Shown in pieces: positions 1 through 10,800 of a stretch of 64,000 bases of DNA (position 1 is its first letter; each line of letters starts with the position of its first letter). Where the stretch lies: the IMG/VR virus record IMGVR_UViG_3300042451_000707, positions 2,385-66,384 of that record; one strand, given 5' to 3'. The position numbers and the translations under genes are program-made. This DNA comes from a virus. The notes below the pieces were generated by a model. That model was not told where the DNA came from. It saw only the letters and a program-made list of their open reading frames with translations, and did not search any database.

Positions 1-51
1 ATTAAACGACGCATCGTCTCCACTTCTTTTTTTAATTTTTAATGACATCAT
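1..51 (-). CDS. nrdA: Ribonucleotide reductase alpha subunit, N-terminal fragment (runs off the window edge)
   Basis: Reads (M)MSLKIKKRSGDDASFN, resembling the start of an ATP-cone (KRxG....F[DN]); lies immediately downstream of nrdB. Confidence 0.65.
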   Translation of the reverse strand, partial: MMSLKIKKRSGDDASFN

Positions 52-63
52 AATTTATAGTTT

Positions 64-1011
64 TTAGAAATCGTCTGTAAATGTAATAGTTTCGTTCAAT
101 TTTGCTTTTTGGTATTCCATAGTTCTTGATTCAAAGAAGTTACCTTTGGTTTCAACAGCAATTTGTTCCATAAATTTGAATGGTTGTTCAACATTAAACT
201 CTTTCTTACATCCAAGTTTAACTAAAAGTCCGTCAACCACAAACTCAAGATATTGTTTCATCAAGTTTGAATTCATACCAATAAGTGATACTGGTAAAGA
301 TTCAGTAATGAATTCTTTTTCGATTTCTAAAGCTGATAATAAGATTTCTTTTATTCTTTTCTCACTTGGTCTTTCTTCGACGTGATTATTCAATAAATGA
401 ATTGCAAAGTCACAATGTAAGTTCTCATCTTTAAAGATTAATGAGTTAGCATTACACAAACCTTGCATAAGTCCTCTTGACTTCAACCAAAATATCGAAC
501 AGAATGAACCTGAGAAGAAGATACCTTCAACTGCCGCAAATGCAACCAATCTTTCTTGGAATGACGCATCTTTAATCCAATTCAATGCCCAATTCGCTTT
601 CTTTTGAACTGCCGGTAATCTATCAATAGCGTGGAAACATTCGTCTTTTTCTTTTGGATTTGACACATAAGTATCAATTAAAAGTGAATACATTAATGAA
701 TGGATATTCTCCATCATTAGTTGGAATCCATAGAAGAATTTAGCTTCCGGGTATTGAACTTCTTTTAGGAAGTTTTCTGCCAAGTTCTCATTAACGATAC
801 CGTCTGATGCCGCAAAGAATGATAAAACATTCTTAACGAAATATTTTTCATTATCCGATAAATTTTCCCAATCACGAATGTCATTAGTTAAATCTACCTC
901 TTCTGCCGTCCAAAAAGCGGCTTGATGTTGTTTATAATATTCCCAAATATCGTTATGCTCAATTGGGAATATTACGAAACGATTTGGATTCTCTACTAAA
1001 ATTTTTTCCAT
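64..1011 (-). CDS. nrdB: Class Ia ribonucleotide reductase beta subunit
   Basis: [32 protein letters not shown] and DENLH di-iron/tyrosyl radical motifs. Confidence 0.97.
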   Translation of the reverse strand: MEKILVENPNRFVIFPIEHNDIWEYYKQHQAAFWTAEEVDLTNDIRDWENLSDNEKYFVKNVLSFFAASDGIVNENLAENFLKEVQYPEAKFFYGFQLMMENIHSLMYSLLIDTYVSNPKEKDECFHAIDRLPAVQKKANWALNWIKDASFQERLVAFAAVEGIFFSGSFCSIFWLKSRGLMQGLCNANSLIFKDENLHCDFAIHLLNNHVEERPSEKRIKEILLSALEIEKEFITESLPVSLIGMNSNLMKQYLEFVVDGLLVKLGCKKEFNVEQPFKFMEQIAVETKGNFFESRTMEYQKAKLNETITFTDDF

Positions 1012-1020
1012 ATATAATTT

Positions 1021-2397
1021 TTAATTTTGTTGTTGTTCTCTTAATTTTCTTTTTTCTAATAATTCTTTAACTCTATCCCTCTTTCTCTCTTCTTGTTGTT
1101 CTTCAAATCCTAAAAATGTTACCGAACTTTCAGTGTCTATCTCAAGTAATTCGTTGTTGAATTTACAATTCTCAAATACAACCCCATCCTTACCCAATCT
1201 TGATTTGGTAATTGCAATCGTTGCCAAATTCATTTCTTTTTGTTGTAATGTTTTAGCCACCGATATAATTACGTGTCCTACTTGTGCTTTCTTAATTGAA
1301 CCTCCCATTTGGTCTGTAGTTACAACCTCAGATGAGATTGAACTTCTATTACCTTGTGTTGCAGTCCAACCAACTAAATTAAGTTCATGACACATCGCCT
1401 CAAATCCTCTCATAACCGAACCCTCAGCTTTCCACTCATCTTTACTACTACTTTCAGGAACCACACAATCAATATAGTCTAACAAAACTAAATCAATTTT
1501 TGTTCCATCCGCAATCATCTTTCTAATCTGATTTTTTATATGGTTCATTGTAACAGAATCTGAAGGGAGTTTTTTCAAGATTAACTCGTTCTTCATCGTC
1601 TCTTTAATTTCGGTAATTTTACCCATCACCTCGTCTTTGTGATTCATTAAATTATCTGGTTCAATACCAGTCCAAAGTGTGAAGTGTTTTCTTTGAACGA
1701 TTTTAGGATTGTCTTCAAAAAATATTTGAAGAACACTATAACCGAGGTTAAATGCTGTGTTCGCAATTTTGGTTAATATTGTGGTTTTACCCACACCTGT
1801 TGGTGCCAATATCACACCAATCTCACCTTTTGCTAACCCACCTTTTAACAACTTGTCAATACCCGGAATACCCATTGGTATTGGATGTCTGAAGTCCTCA
1901 TCCAAAACACTATCAAGATTGGAAAAGATATCCGTTATTCCGGTATCTCTTTCTCCTACTTGTAACGCTTCTCGAACCAACCCTTCAACTTTATCATAAG
2001 ATTCAAAATCACCTTCGGTGATGATTTTTTGAGCCCTATCCATCGCTTTTTGAAGTTCTTGTTGTTTACAGAATTTCAAGGCTTTCTCTTGAACGAATTG
2101 GGTTCCTTCAAATGGAGCGTCTTTAACTTGTGTTATGGTATCAAGAACGATTTTAGCAACCAGTTCTTGTGAGATTTCAGACCTAACAATTTGTTCAAGA
2201 GTATCGAAATTAGGTGTTGATTGGTATTTTGTATAATACTCTTTAGTCATCTGTAAGATGATTTTAAAGTATTTGTTGTCAAAGTAAGAACTCTCAATTA
2301 CATCCATGATGGTCATTGAAAATTCCTTATCTACTATGATTTGGTTTAAAAGTTGTAATTGAAATGTATTCCCTAAATAATCAAAATTCTTGTTCAT
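1021..2397 (-). CDS. Replicative DNA helicase (DnaB/T4 gp41-like)
   Basis: Walker A APTGVGKT, LLDYID Walker B, WTATQGNR, KSRLG arginine finger. Confidence 0.92.
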   Translation of the reverse strand: MNKNFDYLGNTFQLQLLNQIIVDKEFSMTIMDVIESSYFDNKYFKIILQMTKEYYTKYQSTPNFDTLEQIVRSEISQELVAKIVLDTITQVKDAPFEGTQFVQEKALKFCKQQELQKAMDRAQKIITEGDFESYDKVEGLVREALQVGERDTGITDIFSNLDSVLDEDFRHPIPMGIPGIDKLLKGGLAKGEIGVILAPTGVGKTTILTKIANTAFNLGYSVLQIFFEDNPKIVQRKHFTLWTGIEPDNLMNHKDEVMGKITEIKETMKNELILKKLPSDSVTMNHIKNQIRKMIADGTKIDLVLLDYIDCVVPESSSKDEWKAEGSVMRGFEAMCHELNLVGWTATQGNRSSISSEVVTTDQMGGSIKKAQVGHVIISVAKTLQQKEMNLATIAITKSRLGKDGVVFENCKFNNELLEIDTESSVTFLGFEEQQEERKRDRVKELLEKRKLREQQQN

Positions 2398-2432
2398 ATG
2401 TTCTTTGTAAGTTTCTCTGTTTTATTAAATAG

Positions 2433-2885
2433 TTACTTACTCAAATCAATTCCCAAATAATTAAAATTTAATTTGTTTGTGGAAAAAATGTCAGTCAGTT
2501 CACGAAGTGCATCTTTCAAAATTGGTCGTATATCAACCGTGTAACGAACTTTCGGTGGGAATAATTTTCCATCAAAAATTCTATGACAAATTGTCTGTTC
2601 TCCAAGTTTAATATAAATGTTAAAAATTTCCGGACCATCTGTGAACGATGTATTCATTATTGTTGGGTCGTTTGAAATTGAGTCTTGATTATCCATCATA
2701 TAGGTAACCGTTTTCATTTTTAAGTTATATTCCAACGCTTCCTTGAAGTGTTTCATATAGTAATGGAATTCCAACGAATTTTTTGCTTTAGGATTAAATC
2801 CTCTAACATTGAAAAATCTTTGAACTATGATATTGTCATTTAATGTCAATAAAAATTCAATTTTTGTGCTTTCCTGTTCTCTCAT
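2433..2885 (-). CDS. Hypothetical protein in the replication operon
   Basis: 150 aa ORF, tightly packed and co-oriented with neighbours; no recognised motif. Confidence 0.7.
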   Translation of the reverse strand: MREQESTKIEFLLTLNDNIIVQRFFNVRGFNPKAKNSLEFHYYMKHFKEALEYNLKMKTVTYMMDNQDSISNDPTIMNTSFTDGPEIFNIYIKLGEQTICHRIFDGKLFPPKVRYTVDIRPILKDALRELTDIFSTNKLNFNYLGIDLSK

Positions 2886-2889
2886 AAAT

Positions 2890-3891
2890 TTAAATTTTTT
2901 GTGTGTTTCTTTTTTCTTTTCTTGTTAATTTCATAAATGGTTTGAGGAAATTTACCCAAGCGTCATCATCTTTCGGTAAATACTTAAAGAGCCCGTCCTC
3001 CATCATCATTCTCATTAAGTTTTTGTATCCCCTATCTGTTGGGTCAATACTATCGTTTAAAATCTGTTCTACTAAGTTTTTTCCATCATCGGTAATAAGG
3101 GGGTTTTTAAGGTCAACAATTTTTCTATTCGTATTATAAAACTCTTCTCCAAGTATAGACAATTTTGTCTTACCTGTCAAAATATTATTTAAAGTTTTAA
3201 TTGGTTTCTTTTGTTCAATATTTCGGGCACACTCCAATAATTCCTCCACAGTACAAGGTTTCTCTTGTATTTGAGGGAAATATTTAATCAATGTTTTTTC
3301 TCCCAATCCTTCAATACCATAAATGTTATCGGATTTGTCACCAGTAAAGATTTTGGTTAGTAATACATTATGGTGGGGAATATCAACCTTATTAATGGTT
3401 ATCATATCCCCATTCTTATAATATTGTTTTGATATTGGTGAATAAATGGTTACCCTCTCGGAGATGAGTTGAGTAAGGTCTTTGTCCGCCGAGAAGATAA
3501 TAATATCCTCATCAGTTGTAATTTGTGTATAATACGCCATTAAATCATCGGCCTCATTATCTTTAACCTCAACCTGTCTAACAAAGATTTCTTCCAAATA
3601 TTGTTTTACACGGACTTTTTGTTGAAGATACGACTCGTATTTGAACTCGTTCATATCTTGTCTTCGGTTCGCCTTATATTGGGGGTAAATGGACTTTCTA
3701 ATAGATGAATTTGATTCACCATCCCAGAATACAATTACTTTATCGTGATTGTGTTCTTCAAGAAATTTTCGTAAGATATTGATGAAATGGTAAATTCCTC
3801 CCAAGTGTTCACCATCATTGTATAAATCTCTAGCCCCATGAAAGCCTATCTTAAATAGGTTGTCACCGTCAACTAATAATGTTTTTTTCAA
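2890..3891 (-). CDS. 5'-3' exonuclease / flap endonuclease (T4 RNase H, PolI N-terminal-like)
   Basis: LLVDGDNL, YKANR, EADD, SADKDLTQL, GDKSDNIYGIEGLGEKT (helix-3-turn-helix). Confidence 0.94.
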   Translation of the reverse strand: MKKTLLVDGDNLFKIGFHGARDLYNDGEHLGGIYHFINILRKFLEEHNHDKVIVFWDGESNSSIRKSIYPQYKANRRQDMNEFKYESYLQQKVRVKQYLEEIFVRQVEVKDNEADDLMAYYTQITTDEDIIIFSADKDLTQLISERVTIYSPISKQYYKNGDMITINKVDIPHHNVLLTKIFTGDKSDNIYGIEGLGEKTLIKYFPQIQEKPCTVEELLECARNIEQKKPIKTLNNILTGKTKLSILGEEFYNTNRKIVDLKNPLITDDGKNLVEQILNDSIDPTDRGYKNLMRMMMEDGLFKYLPKDDDAWVNFLKPFMKLTRKEKRNTQKI

Positions 3892-3908
3892 TTTTTTTTA
3901 TTTATTGA

Positions 3909-4904
3909 TTAACAATTTGTTTCCTCTTTTTTGAATGTTGGTTTGATATATTCTCCCAAAAATTCCGTAAATATCGCCTCCATTACCGGAACACATATTG
4001 AATTACCGGCCAACGCAATATGATTATTTGTTGAAAGATTTGTCGATAATAATTTAGTGATGTCATCTTCTCTAACACCCATAAATCTATAACCCTCTCG
4101 TCCTGTAATAGTTCTCACTCTACCATCAACCATAATCTGTGGCGAACCTGTTGTCGTCAAACAAGGGGAACACCCATCTATAGAATATATACGTCTTGCT
4201 TGGTCATATTTAACATCGTTTCTTCTTGCCACAAGTTTACACACACTATCTTTTTTAGGTGTATTAGGGGTAATCTCACATTCAATAAATAAATCTTCCT
4301 TGATATCTTTATCAATAAATGACCTCATTGATACTCTATCTTTTCTATGTTTATCAACACCACTCATAATAGATTCAACTTCTTCGTTTGTCATTCCATA
4401 AACAGACATCATGAACACTCTTTCTCTATTCTGTGGACACCCAAAGTTAGCACCATTAAGAACCTTCCAAGAACAACCATATCCCAAATCATTTAAGAAT
4501 GAAATATGACTTTTAAAGTTTTCAATGTGATTATGTGATACCAAATTTTTAACATTCTCCATTAAAAGATATTTGGGTTGGTTTTTAGTTAAAATTCTTT
4601 CAACTTCATATAATAAACCACTCCTCGTACCTCTTTGAATACCCTTTTGAATCCCTGATATTGAAATATCTTGACAAGGGAAAGAATATGTCATTAGGTC
4701 ACATTGGGGGTAATTATCTTCACTTACTTTAGATATATCCCCCAAATTACCCAACGTTGTTTCGTGTAATGAATCGTATGCGATATTTGCGGTTTTAAGT
4801 ATGTCACAATTTGCGACATTCTCATAATCAACACCAATATAATTTAGTGCTAATTCTTGAGTCCCATAACCCGAAAATAATGATATAACTTTTAACTTAT
4901 TCAT
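3909..4904 (-). CDS. DNA (cytosine-5)-methyltransferase
   Basis: Motif I SLFSGYG, motif IV FPCQ, motif VI ENV, motif VIII QNRERVF, motif X GNS. Confidence 0.95.
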   Translation of the reverse strand: MNKLKVISLFSGYGTQELALNYIGVDYENVANCDILKTANIAYDSLHETTLGNLGDISKVSEDNYPQCDLMTYSFPCQDISISGIQKGIQRGTRSGLLYEVERILTKNQPKYLLMENVKNLVSHNHIENFKSHISFLNDLGYGCSWKVLNGANFGCPQNRERVFMMSVYGMTNEEVESIMSGVDKHRKDRVSMRSFIDKDIKEDLFIECEITPNTPKKDSVCKLVARRNDVKYDQARRIYSIDGCSPCLTTTGSPQIMVDGRVRTITGREGYRFMGVREDDITKLLSTNLSTNNHIALAGNSICVPVMEAIFTEFLGEYIKPTFKKEETNC

Positions 4905-4909
4905 GTTTT

Positions 4910-5917
4910 TTATTTATCTTCCTCAATTTCTTCTTTCAAATCAAAATCACCATCAACACCAATGATATCTTTCCAATAATCAGCATATTCTTTCTTGTAT
5001 TTTTCAATATTAGATTTTTCTTCCACAGAATCTTTACCCGCCAAAAACCCATGCGGTGTAACAATTATTTTACCATCATCATAACCTAATCCCGAGATAT
5101 GATTCTTTAATACAGATACTTTACTTCTTATTGCAAACTTAATTGAACGTTTGTCTTTTGTTGCCGTAATTTTTGTAGTTCCCGCACCTTTTTGATTTCC
5201 AAATAAGAATACTAAAGACGAGTTTAACCAAATTGCTTCACCACCTTTCGCCTTAATCTTAGGCTGGCCAAACGGATTGTCAGGCAACTCTACCCAAGGC
5301 TGATTCACGATTATTAAAGTATTTTCATATTTTGAATCTGCTTTACGAGAACCCGAGATACGTTGATTTATACCCATACCTATTTTATCGGCTAGTGTTG
5401 AAGCATTGTGTTGTTTCCCACCTTTTCCCTCATAAGTCATTTTACAAGGAACTGAACCAACAGAATCCCACATAAAACATAAACTATAATCTAATTCACC
5501 TTTTTCTTGTGCATCTAATAATGAGTTAATATAATCCGTGATTTGTTCAATATAATCGAAATTATTGTTGAATATATAGAATCCATCCCAGTCTAATTCA
5601 CCGGTCTCTTCATCAATAACCTCTTCGCACTCAAATCCCATAAGTTTAGCATGTTCAAAAGACCACTTCTGTTCTGTAATAATAAAAACAGGAAGAATAC
5701 CTTTCTTTTGAGCGTCAACCGCAGTTTTAACTAACGCAGTTGTTTTACCCGTATCAGAGTGACCCAAAAACATATTTAAGTGTCCTATCGCCGGACCCGG
5801 TAATCCCACCGCATCCAAGAAGTCAGGACCCAAATCAAAAAATCTTTGGGGTTTATATTTTGCAGATGTTGAGAACTTTTTCTTCAACGAACTGAAATCA
5901 TTTTTCTTTATTGCCAT
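4910..5917 (-). CDS. RecA/UvsX-like recombinase
   Basis: Walker A GHSDTGKT, WDSVGS, IIVNQ, KGGEA. Confidence 0.9.
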   Translation of the reverse strand: MAIKKNDFSSLKKKFSTSAKYKPQRFFDLGPDFLDAVGLPGPAIGHLNMFLGHSDTGKTTALVKTAVDAQKKGILPVFIITEQKWSFEHAKLMGFECEEVIDEETGELDWDGFYIFNNNFDYIEQITDYINSLLDAQEKGELDYSLCFMWDSVGSVPCKMTYEGKGGKQHNASTLADKIGMGINQRISGSRKADSKYENTLIIVNQPWVELPDNPFGQPKIKAKGGEAIWLNSSLVFLFGNQKGAGTTKITATKDKRSIKFAIRSKVSVLKNHISGLGYDDGKIIVTPHGFLAGKDSVEEKSNIEKYKKEYADYWKDIIGVDGDFDLKEEIEEDK

Positions 5918-5934
5918 AATTTTTGTTTTTAATT

Positions 5935-5974
5935 AAAAAAAACATTCTCAAGGACGAAATATCTTTGAGAATGT
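5935..5974 (-). terminator. Probable intrinsic terminator between SSB and RecA genes
   Basis: Inverted repeat ACATTCTCAA...TTGAGAATGT followed by a U-tract on the minus strand. Confidence 0.6.
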
Positions 5975-5987
5975 CTTCGATGAGTTA

Positions 5988-6845
5988 TTAAAATGGTAAT
6001 TCACCATCCACCTCGTCATTTACTTGAGGGTCGATGATAGTTGTTTCTGATTTTTTAGAACCACCCATAGTTGTTGTAGATTCTACATCATTACTATATA
6101 CATATCCACCTTTTTCACTATCCCATTTTGGAGTTTCTCCACGAGCAATAGCTTCAAGATATTCAACAGGTTTTTTAGAATAAACATCTAACCAAGTTAA
6201 TTCATCATTAACCCAAGCGTTACCTTGTTCTTTTTCGTCATGAACCGGAGTTGGGTCATCATACATAATTGTTGATACACTTGTATATTCTTTACCTGCC
6301 GGTGTTTTAGACTTTGTAAGTTCTATGATAAGGTCGCGACCTTTTTCAGGGTCTGTGATGTCTCCTTTGTTTCTCCAAATAGGAATAATCTTATCTAAGA
6401 TACCATCATTTTTGTAGTTGTGTTTGAATCTCCAAAATTTTGGTCCATCCGCTTCATTATCTCTATCAATAACTTTAACGATGTAAAATTTACGAGATTT
6501 ATATTGTTTTGCCAATTCTTTGTCAGACTCTTTACCCGTAGATATCAATTCTTCATAAACCTCATTTAAAGGAGAACGCTCATTGTCATTCTTTCCCGGG
6601 TCATAGAATTTCTGCCATTGTCCACCTACTTGGATTTCGTGATACCAAGCTTCTTTAAATGGTGAACTTCCGTCATGTGTTGGTAGGATACGTATTCTAC
6701 GTTGTCCTGATTTTTCTTTTTCCCCAAGAATAAGAGCGAAATACTTTTTCATTCTTTCATCTTGAGACAATTTACCTTGGGCCCCGCCCCCTCCTTGTTG
6801 TGCTTTTTCGTACTGTGCCAATACGGCGTCTAATGAACTCATCAT
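5988..6845 (-). CDS. Single-stranded DNA-binding protein (T4 gp32-like)
   Basis: RIRILP, YIVKVIDR, DPEKGRDLIIE and acidic C-terminal tail ending DGELPF; next to RecA. Confidence 0.8.
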   Translation of the reverse strand: MMSSLDAVLAQYEKAQQGGGGAQGKLSQDERMKKYFALILGEKEKSGQRRIRILPTHDGSSPFKEAWYHEIQVGGQWQKFYDPGKNDNERSPLNEVYEELISTGKESDKELAKQYKSRKFYIVKVIDRDNEADGPKFWRFKHNYKNDGILDKIIPIWRNKGDITDPEKGRDLIIELTKSKTPAGKEYTSVSTIMYDDPTPVHDEKEQGNAWVNDELTWLDVYSKKPVEYLEAIARGETPKWDSEKGGYVYSNDVESTTTMGGSKKSETTIIDPQVNDEVDGELPF

Positions 6846-6911
6846 GTGTTTTACGTTTTAAATTTATAAATAATTAATTAATGATAACTGATATTACCCA
6901 TATAGTCAAAT

Positions 6912-6938
6912 AAAAAAAACCACCTTTTGGGTGGTTTT
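6912..6938 (-). terminator. Intrinsic terminator ending the structural transcript
   Basis: AAAACCACC-TTTTG-GGTGGTTTT hairpin with a long U-tract on the minus strand. Confidence 0.75.
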
Positions 6939-6958
6939 GTTGTTTAGGTTTTTTCTAT

Positions 6959-7615
6959 TTATTTGTATTTATACTCATCTTTAAATCCGATACCTTGAAA
7001 TGAATTTTTAATGTCATTTACATTTATATCAGTAACATCGTCAGCGGTTAAAATATAATCATTTTTTCCTGTTTTTTCCATCTCCTCTTGTTTATCATCA
7101 AAAAATTGTGATAATTTTTGATTAAAAGGATATGAATCATAACTTCTTAATTCTAATTTTTCCTGAGGTGTTTTTTCTCTGTATTTTTCAATTTTGTTTT
7201 CAAGTGAGTTAAGTTTATTCATAATGGTATCCATCTCACTTAATTTTTGTTCTAAATTACTTAATTGACCAAATAAGTTTTCAAAATAATCATCTTGTTT
7301 TGTTTGAATACTTTTTTGAGCATCCACTAATTCAGTAATATCAAGTTCTTCAGAACCTGAAGTTTCATCCGTATTTTCTTCCGAGTTTCCTTCGTCATCA
7401 ATTTTTTCAACATCTGGGTCAGATTCAACATCAATAGGTTCGGGTGTCGCTTCCGCTCCGGGTACTGGTGGCGCCATCCCTGCATCAGGTGCCGGTGCAA
7501 TATCATCACCAGGTAATGGTGTTGTTAAATCATCAATTGCATCTTGTTCTGAAATATAATTATTAATACTTCTATATCTTTGGATTTCCGCCAATATTTT
7601 TTTATCTAAACTCAT
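6959..7615 (-). CDS. Hypothetical acidic/coiled-coil protein, possibly virion-internal
   Basis: N-terminal KKILAEIQRY...ISEQ, Pro/Asp/Glu-rich linker, heptad-like C-terminal half. Confidence 0.7.
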   Translation of the reverse strand: MSLDKKILAEIQRYRSINNYISEQDAIDDLTTPLPGDDIAPAPDAGMAPPVPGAEATPEPIDVESDPDVEKIDDEGNSEENTDETSGSEELDITELVDAQKSIQTKQDDYFENLFGQLSNLEQKLSEMDTIMNKLNSLENKIEKYREKTPQEKLELRSYDSYPFNQKLSQFFDDKQEEMEKTGKNDYILTADDVTDINVNDIKNSFQGIGFKDEYKYK

Positions 7616-7619
7616 TTAA

Positions 7620-7844
7620 TTAACCGTTTAATAATTGTTTTATACCTCTTGAGGTTTCAACTCTAACTCTTTTATTAGCGGTTGTTTGATGTCCGGCTCT
7701 TTCAATTAGACCGTCTCTCTCTCTAACCACATAACAATCACCAGTATCTAAGTCACAAACTTGTTTGGTTCCATCACCATTATCTTCTTCAGAGTATCTA
7801 ACCGATTTTCCAAGATAGTTGTCTAATGCTGTTTTTAAATTCAT
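7620..7844 (-). CDS. Small hypothetical protein
   Basis: 74 aa with VCDLDTGDCY; TATTTAT motif 16 nt upstream of the start. Confidence 0.7.
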   Translation of the reverse strand: MNLKTALDNYLGKSVRYSEEDNGDGTKQVCDLDTGDCYVVRERDGLIERAGHQTTANKRVRVETSRGIKQLLNG

Positions 7845-7884
7845 AAAATTATTTTATATATAAATATATCGTAAATCAAATAAA

Positions 7885-10800
7885 TTAGGTCATCATTATA
7901 GTAAATGGAAATGTTTGTGCAATATCTCTAATAATATCATTAGGATTGTTAGTTATATTATAAACAACATTTCTATCCACAGGTTCCGCAACCAAGGTAA
8001 TCTTATTGTAAATTTTACTAATTAAACCAACATTATCCGGAGAAACATTTATATTAACTTCACCTATTATATCCACAGCATTAATTGTGAAAGTTTTCTT
8101 ATTACTACTTACATAAATTTGTAATTCATTTCCAAAATTCCCTTCACCAACTTTTTCCTCAATAATTGTATTATTTGGACCAACAACCGTTTTAACCGCA
8201 ACCCAAGTCCATACAGTATTTGCGGAAAGAATATTCCAATTACCTGAAGATGGATTGATAGACACAACCATTTTTTCGGCACTTCCAACTTGGTTAAATG
8301 TTGTGTTCGCCAATAGAACTACAGGTTGAGGTTGTGTATTAACATTAGGTGGTAATCCCGGAGGTGTTATTGGTGTGGATGGTGAAATTTGTTGAGGGTT
8401 GTATGTAAAGTCCGTTGAACTTGCAGACGAACCATTTAACCCTGATAGGATTATTGGATTTTGTTGTGATGTTATAGTATTAACAGTCGGTACTACAACA
8501 CTAATTGTAAAATTATTAATAATTGTAAAATTAGTTATGAATGTATTACTAATCGTAATTCCCGTTACTTGGTCTAAATTTTCACCTATTATCGTTAATA
8601 TAGTTCCACTAGTTCCTGTTAATGGAGAGAATGAGGTAATTGATGATGGTTCACAAGTATTGGGAACGGTAAATGTATTTAAATTATTTGATGGATTAGT
8701 TTTTCCACTATTAATATCTTCAATCTTCTTAATTTGTTCCTCGTCATTTTTCTTAATATCAAATACTATTTGTTTATTTAATCCCGCAGAAACCGCAGTT
8801 TTAAACGCATTGTTAAATGTTTTTTCAAGTTCACTATATCGACTAATATTTTCATCAAAATAACCTTGGGATACATTAGGTACCGGCCATTCACAAACAT
8901 AAAATTTAGTAATACCAAGTCCTGTGTCAGGATTAATTATTTGGTCCACTCTACTATTTAATCTTGAACTCATAAATCCGATAAAAGTTTTCACATCTTT
9001 AAATAACGCAATTGGTTGTGATGTTTTAGTTCCTTTTGAATCGGGCATTTCAACACAGGTGTATTTCTTTTGTTCAAATAAATTAACACTTTCACCATAT
9101 AGATTAGTTGTTAACGTAACATTTGCAAAATTATTGTTAAACACATAAAATTTATCAGTATTAAATGTTTTTGCGTAACATATTAAATAAACAATAACCT
9201 GTAAATATTCATCAGTGATTTCCGACTTTATCGCATCGACTAATTGTTGAGGTGTTAGATTTGTTGATGTTGCGGTTTCGGCGTCACCCCAACTTTGGAA
9301 CTCAGCTGATAAATTATTACTACAAGAATTAATTGTCGCACGAGTATTATCACCAGATTGTGTAATATAATCAGATTTATTGATATTTGTTATTGCCTTA
9401 CCAGTAACACTATCTTTACTATTTTTAATAATACTTTCAACTTTAGTTAATAAATTTTGATTAACACTTTGTAAATAAGAATCAATTGAAGGTAAACTAT
9501 ATATACTTTGTCTAGTTCCTGTAAATGTTGTTTCAAACTTACCAGCAGTAATATTATGGTTTACTTCCGTTATAAAATACGGACCATAAAACATAGGAAC
9601 ATTTCGCAAGTTAAAGTACATTGTAGGTTGTAATAATGCGTTTCCAAGACATTGAACCGTACATTGATAACTTCTATTTTTATAAAAATTATATAGTCCG
9701 GTGTTTTGAGTTGTAACATTTCTACCCGAATATTGGTCAAACATATCTACTTGAGCTTGGAGAGCTTCACTAGTTGCTTTACCCGTATCCATAGAAACTT
9801 GAATGGAATAAAACACGTTTTGATTTCTAATACCAGCATCAACATTAAATCCAACACACTTATTTGAAATACCCCAATCTTTCTTATTTGCAATATCCTC
9901 AATTAAAGGGTTGTCTGAATATCTTCTCATTTCAAAAGCATCACTTCTGAATCTTGAGTTATTCTTTGGTAATTCTATGTGTTCTGAAGGTTTTCCAACA
10001 AAGAAACAAATCATTTTTGGACTAGACGCTCGGTAATCAACATTAAGGTATGTTCCCCACATTCTGTCACCAAATTCTAAACTTCCATCACTCCTTGGTG
10101 TATTAACACCACTAACATCTTGAACATTATAAAAATTAACATATGACGGTAATGGCATTACGTTAAAATTATTTTTAATTAAAATGTCCGCCAAAAACGC
10201 AAACACACTTGTCTTCATATTTAAAGCGTTCTCATTAAGGACATTTTTTAATGAAAAAATATCTAAAATTATCGTATCCCCAATATTTCTTGACGCTCTA
10301 TCTAAAAATAAAAAATCTTCAAATAATGTTTTTGTGGTATAATCGGAACCCGCAATCCACTTATCATTCAACGCCTTAAAAACTTCCCAGTTCTCAATTT
10401 TACTTTGTTCCCCATCAATAACACTTTTGATTACTTTTTCAGATATTTCTTGTTGTGGTTTTATATCTAACCTCACTTTTGTTAAAATTAAATTCAAAAG
10501 GTTGTCTTGAAAATCTGAAGTTTTTACCAAATACTCTTGAAGTTTTTGTTTAAATTGTGTTGGTGTTATAGTTGGTGTTAATAACTTTTGAGTGGCATAC
10601 ATTTTAATTATCGGTGATAATAATCTTATATTATTTACCGAAAACTCAATATTATTATCAACGAAAAAGTCGGTAATATATGACCCGTTATTCGAATATT
10701 TCAAATTTTGTATTGTTGAAAACCCTACTTCAGTTTCTAACTCAAACCATTCTTTCGGATAATTTGTAATTGAAGCTGATAAACTCACTGAGCCCGATTT

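Noticed and set aside
3909-4904. Complete restriction-modification system
   Set aside because: The methyltransferase is flanked by RecA and a flap nuclease with no adjacent restriction endonuclease; it appears to be an orphan
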